This document shows positions 61,630-64,000 of a stretch of 64,000 bases of DNA, in pieces. Numbering within the stretch: position 1 is the stretch's first letter; each line of letters starts with the position of its first letter. The stretch lies in assembly GCA_963713855.1 (NCBI GenBank), contig OY970209.1:576001-640000 (forward strand), given 5' to 3'. The position numbers and the translations under genes are program-made. The notes under the pieces were generated by a model that saw only the letters and a program-made list of their open reading frames with translations, made no database searches and was not told the DNA's origin. The stretch is from an uncultured bacterium. GTDB lineage: Bacteria; Babelota; Babeliae; Babelales; Babelaceae.

Positions 61630-61806
61630 TTAGCGCCCTGGTAACAACTCACAGTATGCACGGCCTGCTCCACAAAATCCAAATTGGCTGCAACAGCGGC
61701 CTGCGTCACAGTCATTATCAGATTTACATGAGTGCTGCGCATTTTCCGCAAGACAAACAGATGATGCGCCCATGAGTAGTAAGACTACTATATATACTTT
61801 TTTCAT
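61630..61806 (-). CDS. Secreted hevein-like (CBM18-like) cysteine-rich peptide, 58 aa (below ORF-track cutoff)
   Basis: Manual translation MKKVYIVVLLLMGASSVCLAENAQHSCKSDNDCDAGRCCSQFGFCGAGRAYCELLPGR*; AGAAGGGA SD. Confidence 0.85.
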   Translation of the reverse strand: MKKVYIVVLLLMGASSVCLAENAQHSCKSDNDCDAGRCCSQFGFCGAGRAYCELLPGR

Positions 61807-62026
61807 GATATCCCTTCTTGTTGACGTAAGGAATTAAGACCAATGTCAAAATTATTAGTAATTATATATTACAATTATTTAATTATTAATTGCAAGAGTC
61901 TATCATAGATACTCGTGCGGGGGGAAAGCTCTTTAGCCATTTTATGGATTTTTTGAAAACTTCTTATTGACTAAATTATTCAGTTTGTTATTTTGAATAC
62001 AATAATTACCCCATAGTTTGAGTCAT

Positions 62027-63529
62027 ATGTTATATCGTTTAGTTTGTGTATGTTTATTATTCACGTGCTCTTGTGGTAAAGCGCTTGAAAAGCTAGATAA
62101 TCGGTTAGAGCGACTTGATTTTTCCGACAAAGTTATTGCGGTGCGTGATATTGCCGTGGATGCAGCACACTTTCTTGCTGATCCTGAGGCTGCGCGTAGT
62201 GCCTTACACTATTATAACTTCTTGCGTGAAAAAGCCCATGTGCCGATTGCTTCTCTTAACAATGAGATTGATACTGATTGGCTTACTCATTTTGAGAGGA
62301 AGTTTACCATTTTAGCTTCGCTAGAATATTCTTTAAAGAATGACTGTAAGAAGGCTTTGCTTATGTTGCCAAGCCAGTCCCAAGAAGCGCTTTTAGAGGA
62401 AGCCGCAAAAGACCTAGATATTAAATCTCATCTTGTGCCCGTTGGTTTGACTTATGAGGGCGGAAAGGCTTTTCCTCGTTATGGCACCTTTACCAAGATA
62501 GGTATCGGGCTAGATCCGGATTTGCAGGTACGTACATCAATTTTGTACCATGAACTCGGCCACGTTTTTTATAAGGATTCAGAAATAGGTCTTACTCAAG
62601 AAGAAATTGAAAAATACGTCCAAACGGACCACTTTAAAAAATTTAACGCAAAAGTTGAGCGCTTAGTACAAAAAGGTGCCTCTCTTCTTTCAAGCCTACA
62701 AGGCACTCAGTTAGGAACTAGGCTCTCTAAAATGTGTAATGAAGAAGCAATGGGGCTTATTAAGACCCAAGGATTTTTATGGGTTGGTTCCAATGATCTT
62801 GAGCTTGAGGCTTACCAAAAGCAAGAACCTGAGGAATATGCTTCTACCCTCTACGAAAGATTTACAGAACAACGTGCAGATCTTTTTAGCTATGAAAAAC
62901 TATATGAAAATGATAAGCTTGCTGCACTTTTTGCCCAATTTCGTGAATTTTCAGCCGACACCAATAGCATTGTGCAAAGAGGAAAGATAGTTCATCCATC
63001 TAATCTAGAACGCATTCTCTACGGTCTTGGTTATTTAGCAGACAAAGGCGAAGATGTTGCAAAATCGGTCACAGAATGGGAAAGTCAGGGTGAGTGCGTC
63101 GATGCTGAACAATTGACATGCAAGGGACACTGTGCACACGTTATGAAGCACGCTGGGACCCGCGATGCGCTTTCGGTCTATTATGCATTAAGCAATGAAG
63201 ACTACCTGGCTTGGAAAAAGGCGAATAAAAAGCACCAAAATGTAGTCTCGGTTATCGATGATCTAAAAAAATCTTTAAAATCACTGGAAAAGCCGAACGC
63301 TTGTATAAAGCCACTCTACATGTATAACCTCATTCGCGATTTGACTGATGAAAAAAGAGAGTACTTTCCCGAAGCTATTGATCAAGAGTGGATTGAAAAG
63401 GCCAAAAATAGCGTTTTCATCAGAAACTGGCTCTATGTGGGGCTTTGTATTGGTAGTACCGCGGCTCTGCTAATGCTTTTAGCTATAGACAGCCTAAATA
63501 GAGCACTACCGAAGCGTCCAGTGGTCTAA
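62027..63529 (+). CDS. Putative zinc metallopeptidase (M48-like), exported, C-terminal TM
   Basis: ILYHELGH (HExxH), EQRADLF, HPSNLERI; N-terminal signal with Cys; C-terminal hydrophobic helix. Confidence 0.7.
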   Translation: MLYRLVCVCLLFTCSCGKALEKLDNRLERLDFSDKVIAVRDIAVDAAHFLADPEAARSALHYYNFLREKAHVPIASLNNEIDTDWLTHFERKFTILASLEYSLKNDCKKALLMLPSQSQEALLEEAAKDLDIKSHLVPVGLTYEGGKAFPRYGTFTKIGIGLDPDLQVRTSILYHELGHVFYKDSEIGLTQEEIEKYVQTDHFKKFNAKVERLVQKGASLLSSLQGTQLGTRLSKMCNEEAMGLIKTQGFLWVGSNDLELEAYQKQEPEEYASTLYERFTEQRADLFSYEKLYENDKLAALFAQFREFSADTNSIVQRGKIVHPSNLERILYGLGYLADKGEDVAKSVTEWESQGECVDAEQLTCKGHCAHVMKHAGTRDALSVYYALSNEDYLAWKKANKKHQNVVSVIDDLKKSLKSLEKPNACIKPLYMYNLIRDLTDEKREYFPEAIDQEWIEKAKNSVFIRNWLYVGLCIGSTAALLMLLAIDSLNRALPKRPVV

Positions 63530-63599
63530 AAACCAATTGCATTTAGGACTCTTTTGTGCTATAAAATCACTATATAAGGACATATTTTAAACAAAAAAT

Positions 63600-63685
63600 G
63601 GCGAGATTCCCGAGCGGTCAAAGGGGGCGGACTGTAAATCCGCTGGTTATTGCCTTCGTAGGTTCGAATCCTACTCTCGCCACCA
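63600..63685 (+). tRNA. tRNA-Tyr(GTA)
   Basis: GGCGAGA/TCTCGCC acceptor, anticodon loop CT-GTA-AA, variable arm, A-CCA. Confidence 0.95.
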
Positions 63686-64000
63686 CTTTTTCTCGTTTTC
63701 CCCTCTTTTTCTGACTAAAAATTCATCGTATCGCCCCCTTAGCTACAACATTTTTGAAAAAAAGTGTCATAAGCCGTTAGCCAATGGGAATAACCGTATT
63801 TTCAGCACTGATTATATCCATTACAAAAGGATTCCGGGAAAATAGCCATTGTGAATGATGCAAGTCTAGTCTATACTAGAAGGGTAAAAGTAAAGTACGC
63901 TACCAACAGCAATCTAAAATAGGCTACAATGAGACTCCGAACACTGCTGCTTATAGGTCTTCTTTCGATAGGAATATGCCATATGCCGACGACTCCTCGA

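Noticed and set aside
61255..61751. ORF-track entries 61255..61467 and 61569..61751
   Set aside because: They are alternative frames of the two hevein-like genes, which have the SD, signal peptide and Cys signature.

Overview
AT-rich bacterial chromosomal window. The gene content (ankyrin proteins, many Sec-signal orphan paralogs, housekeeping genes scattered outside their usual operons) suggests an intracellular parasite of protists, probably Candidatus Dependentiae/Babelota (TM6). That assignment is inference, not a database result. The window holds one rRNA operon (16S-tRNA-Ile-tRNA-Ala-23S-5S). Its 23S carries two group I introns, at E. coli-equivalent positions 1917 (ORF-less) and 1951 (LAGLIDADG endonuclease), separated by a 34-nt exon. 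There are six further tRNAs, housekeeping genes (prfB without frameshift, gmk, dcd, murA, orphan atpG, tsaE, hinT), one intact and one decayed MazEF-type module, and many candidate host-directed secreted proteins. The most notable candidates are: two tandem plant-type hevein (CBM18-like) peptides, one missed by the ORF track; a Hint-domain polymorphic toxin split at an in-frame T-TTT-TTT site, with a candidate immunity gene; a signal-peptide + NLS-like + LHH nuclease gene next to dcd; an ankyrin protein with a C-terminal F-box-like motif; an atypical kinase-like protein; an MVL-type lectin; a pentameric ligand-gated ion channel homolog; and two 21-repeat beta-propeller type I membrane proteins. 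Many unrelated secreted proteins share an [A/G]-M-E motif at the predicted signal cleavage site.
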